Part shown: positions 34,900 through 37,339 of the stretch, in pieces
Numbering within the stretch: the first letter of the stretch is position 1
Layout: each line of letters starts with the position of its first letter
The notes under the pieces: generated by a model
The model's database searches: none
Seen by the model: only the letters and a program-made list of their open reading frames with translations
What the model was told of the DNA's origin: nothing
Assembly: GCA_964012095.1 (NCBI GenBank)
Contig: CAXGRK010000001.1
Span: 1 to 37,339 of the forward strand
Length of the DNA stretch: 37,339 nt
Direction of reading: 5' to 3'
DNA from: an uncultured Opitutia bacterium
GTDB lineage: Bacteria > Verrucomicrobiota > Verrucomicrobiia > Opitutales > Seribacteraceae
Position numbers and translations under genes: made by a program

Positions 34900-36120
34900 T
34901 CATGAAATGAATTCTTTTCTGTGCCGGTGAATACTCTGAACCACTCCCATCATCAGGAAACAAGTAATGATAAACGATCCACCATAACTCATAAATGGCA
35001 ATGGAAGACCGGTAATGGGCGTAATGCCTAAGGTCATGCCAACATTTATGAACAGATGCACCATCAGTAAGATAGCTACACTAGATGCGAGTAACCGACC
35101 GAACATATCCGCAGACTTGGATGCCACTTTTAGGCATCCGAAGATGACGACGGCATAAGCTAAGAGTGCAAATATACTCCCGATAAGTCCCCATTCCTCA
35201 GCCAAAACAGCAAAAATGAAGTCGTTGTGAGCAACAGCTGGTGGCAGATATCCGAGTTTAGCCTGCATCCCTTCACCCCATCCTTTTCCTGAAATTCCAC
35301 CTGTGGAAACAGCGATTAGAGCCTGGATTCTATTCCAATTAGGTCCAATGCCATGAGGGTCCACAACTTCAGGTGCGATGAAAGTGAGAATGCGTTTACG
35401 TTGATAGTCTTTGAGTGGTAAGAGTGCGTTTTCTTCGTAAGCCACCACCGGCTCAGAATTACGCAGATTTTCAGATTTATGTTGATAATAGCGATAGATG
35501 TCTAGTCCCAGCAGACCTAGCAACAGCATAAATAACATTGCTGTTGCTACAAAAAATTTGGCAGGTATGCGTGCGACGTACAAAAGAGTGAAGGCAATTG
35601 GTGGAAGTACCATGGTCGAACCTAAATCAGGTTGCAAAAAAATCAAGAACATAGGGAGAATGAAACACAAAGTAAGGCGCAAAATTCCGTTTAACGAATC
35701 ACGCAGATCCCCAATTTTTGAACGAGATAATATGCTTGCACCCATAACTAAAGTAGCAAACTTAGCCATCTCAGAGGGTTGGATCTTAAAAAAGCCGAGA
35801 TCGACCCATCGACTCGCTCCATAAATTTTGGGTCCACCAAATACTAACAAAAGAGATAAAATTGATATTCCATAAACAATGTGGGCATACTTCAAAAAAA
35901 TTCTGTAATCAAGTATTGCCACAGTAAAATACAATATGAATCCTAATAAACTCCAAACAATCTGCTTTTTCCATTCATTACCCCCATCATAAGCTTGGGC
36001 CGACTGGATGAACATGACGCTCATACCACAGAGCAAAGCTAGGCAACAAGGAGTAACCCAATCCCATCTTCCTTCCTTGGGTAATCCATCTACAGGCTTA
36101 TCAACGGAATTTTTGTCCAC
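34900..36120 (-). CDS. rodA: SEDS peptidoglycan glycosyltransferase RodA
   Basis: Motifs GASRWV, IQPSEMAK, QPDLGS, YQRKRI, HNDFIFAVLAEEWG and PITGLPLPFMSYGGS. Its position upstream of rng fits rodA. Confidence 0.85.
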   Translation of the reverse strand: MDKNSVDKPVDGLPKEGRWDWVTPCCLALLCGMSVMFIQSAQAYDGGNEWKKQIVWSLLGFILYFTVAILDYRIFLKYAHIVYGISILSLLLVFGGPKIYGASRWVDLGFFKIQPSEMAKFATLVMGASILSRSKIGDLRDSLNGILRLTLCFILPMFLIFLQPDLGSTMVLPPIAFTLLYVARIPAKFFVATAMLFMLLLGLLGLDIYRYYQHKSENLRNSEPVVAYEENALLPLKDYQRKRILTFIAPEVVDPHGIGPNWNRIQALIAVSTGGISGKGWGEGMQAKLGYLPPAVAHNDFIFAVLAEEWGLIGSIFALLAYAVVIFGCLKVASKSADMFGRLLASSVAILLMVHLFINVGMTLGITPITGLPLPFMSYGGSFIITCFLMMGVVQSIHRHRKEFIS

Positions 36121-36154
36121 AAGTATCTAAAAGATCTAACTTAACTCCGGGAAA

Positions 36155-36457
36155 TTATTTTTCTTCCAGAAGTTCCTCGCAAATTTCAGTCCACTCCATG
36201 TCCAGGCTCTCTCTGGTTTTGACGGGTTTACCTGCACGACGATACCAATATGCGGCATTCCCCAAGTCTCCTTCCACTCGATGTAAGTATGCATGAATCC
36301 AGAAACCATCATTCGTTGCAATATCCTGAGCTATATTATGGGATTTCTCCCAGTTTCCCTTTTTGGACCACCACAAAGATTTTATTAGACCTGACCAATC
36401 TTCTTCAGGATTTTCCTCTTCTGCAATGTGTTTAATAAATTTTTCCAAGTCATTCAT
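36155..36457 (-). CDS. Conserved small helical hypothetical protein
   Basis: Motif W..SH.IAQD...WIHAYLHRVEGDLGNAAYWYRRAG, which I recall as a widespread uncharacterised family. Confidence 0.8.
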   Translation of the reverse strand: MNDLEKFIKHIAEEENPEEDWSGLIKSLWWSKKGNWEKSHNIAQDIATNDGFWIHAYLHRVEGDLGNAAYWYRRAGKPVKTRESLDMEWTEICEELLEEK

Positions 36458-36473
36458 TTTGGTTTTGGTAAAT

Positions 36474-37208
36474 TTATAATCTTCTCCAACGAGTACCCCA
36501 AGAAATTGAATACTGGTACTTTCTGCGGTGTTCTCTTATTAAAAATGGTAAATCCTCTTCATACTCGAGTTGAAACCAAGGACTAAGTTTTTCTTGAAGC
36601 TTCTCTTTCGAGTCACCGGAACCAATCCAGTTATCTCTGGGAGTATATTCCTCCAACCAGGTAAATGGAGTAGCAAGCAACAATTGCCCGCCTTGCTTTA
36701 CAAGATGGGGAATTCTCTCAAGGAATTTCTGAGGAGATGTAAGACGGCAAATTAGATTGGCCGCATGGACCAGATCATAATTTGCCAATGAACTGTCTAA
36801 ATTCATCGCATCACCAACGGCAAAAGAAACATTGCCTTGAGTGCTTTCGGGAACAGCATCAGCTTCCTTGTAACTATCACCCTCCACGAGATACGAATAT
36901 GAAAGACTATTCTTCTCTTTCAGAGTATTGGCTGCATCAATAAAATTTTGGGAAAAATCGACACCTAAAACATCCCCAAAATATTTACCTAAAACAAAAC
37001 TGGATGCCCCCACGGCACATCCGACATCCAAAGCACGAGAATCTGCATTAAAACTTTTTTCATCGATGAGAGATTCAACGGTTCTTTTTGTAAAACCCAA
37101 TGCCTCTACTGGTCCATTTGGCCAAGGGAGCACTTCTCCGTTTTGGCCGTAGTGAAATAATAAATATTCTCCGAGGAGTTTGGTACTTTCGTACGGATTG
37201 TTTTCCAT
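36474..37208 (-). CDS. SAM-dependent methyltransferase resembling the OvoA C-terminal (mercaptohistidine N-methyltransferase) domain
   Basis: Motifs NPYE...YLLFHYG, RALDVGCAVG, GVDFS..FI.AA, GDAMNL, ANLICRL, TPFTWLEEYTPRDNWIG and PFLIREHRRKYQ. Confidence 0.8.
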   Translation of the reverse strand: MENNPYESTKLLGEYLLFHYGQNGEVLPWPNGPVEALGFTKRTVESLIDEKSFNADSRALDVGCAVGASSFVLGKYFGDVLGVDFSQNFIDAANTLKEKNSLSYSYLVEGDSYKEADAVPESTQGNVSFAVGDAMNLDSSLANYDLVHAANLICRLTSPQKFLERIPHLVKQGGQLLLATPFTWLEEYTPRDNWIGSGDSKEKLQEKLSPWFQLEYEEDLPFLIREHRRKYQYSISWGTRWRRL

Positions 37209-37225
37209 TATTAAATTAATTTTAT

Positions 37226-37339
37226 TTATCCTAGATCAGACATCGATTGAAAATGATCCTTCAATGAAGGATATAACTCAATGTAATGAGAATACATTTT
37301 CTCGTAAATTTCAACATCCGTACCAGGCGAAATTCTTTC
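37226..37339 (-). CDS. 3' end of a probable FGGY-family sugar kinase (xylulokinase-like)
   Basis: My translation ERISPGTDVEIYEKMYSHYIELYPSLKDHFQSMSDLG* resembles the C-terminal helix of XylB. Only 38 codons are visible. Confidence 0.55.
   Translation of the reverse strand, partial: ERISPGTDVEIYEKMYSHYIELYPSLKDHFQSMSDLG

Noticed and set aside
23121-37208. FGE-like domain plus OvoA-type methyltransferase as a split ovothiol pathway
   Set aside because: The FGE-containing protein appears exported, has no DinB-like domain with the H-x3-H-x-E iron motif, and lies ~10 kb away in a different operon.

Overview
AT-rich, gene-dense bacterial chromosomal segment. Gene content suggests a Verrucomicrobiota (Opitutales-like) genome; this is inferred and not tested. 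Left arm (minus strand): a tightly packed run of a YdjY-like gene, an exported prenyltransferase/squalene-oxidase-repeat (alpha/alpha barrel) gene, a hypothetical, ftsY, aroB, a hypothetical, lpxA, an A-type Fe-S carrier, infC and crcB. Centre (plus strand): a membrane-anchored alpha/alpha barrel protein, an azurin-like protein, an NRAMP-like transporter, and a ~14 kb translationally coupled operon. The operon encodes a MoxR AAA+ ATPase, DUF58, BatA/vWA, vWA/GATase-like, a DUF4175-like coiled-coil protein, a third alpha/alpha barrel and a ~1200-aa protein. In that last protein an FGE/SUMF1-like domain appears circularly permuted and inserted into a WD40-like propeller. A small frameshifted, nonsense-disrupted DUF1737-like pseudogene lies just before the operon. 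Right arm: two lipoproteins, tRNA-Ser(GCT), a Sel1 protein, an ACT protein, NamZ-like DUF1343, DUF2062, glycerate kinase, RNase E/G, RodA, a hypothetical, a stand-alone OvoA-C-terminal-type methyltransferase and the 3' end of a probable xylulokinase. I saw no mobile element, CRISPR array or rRNA. All family calls come from motif recognition, not from database searches.
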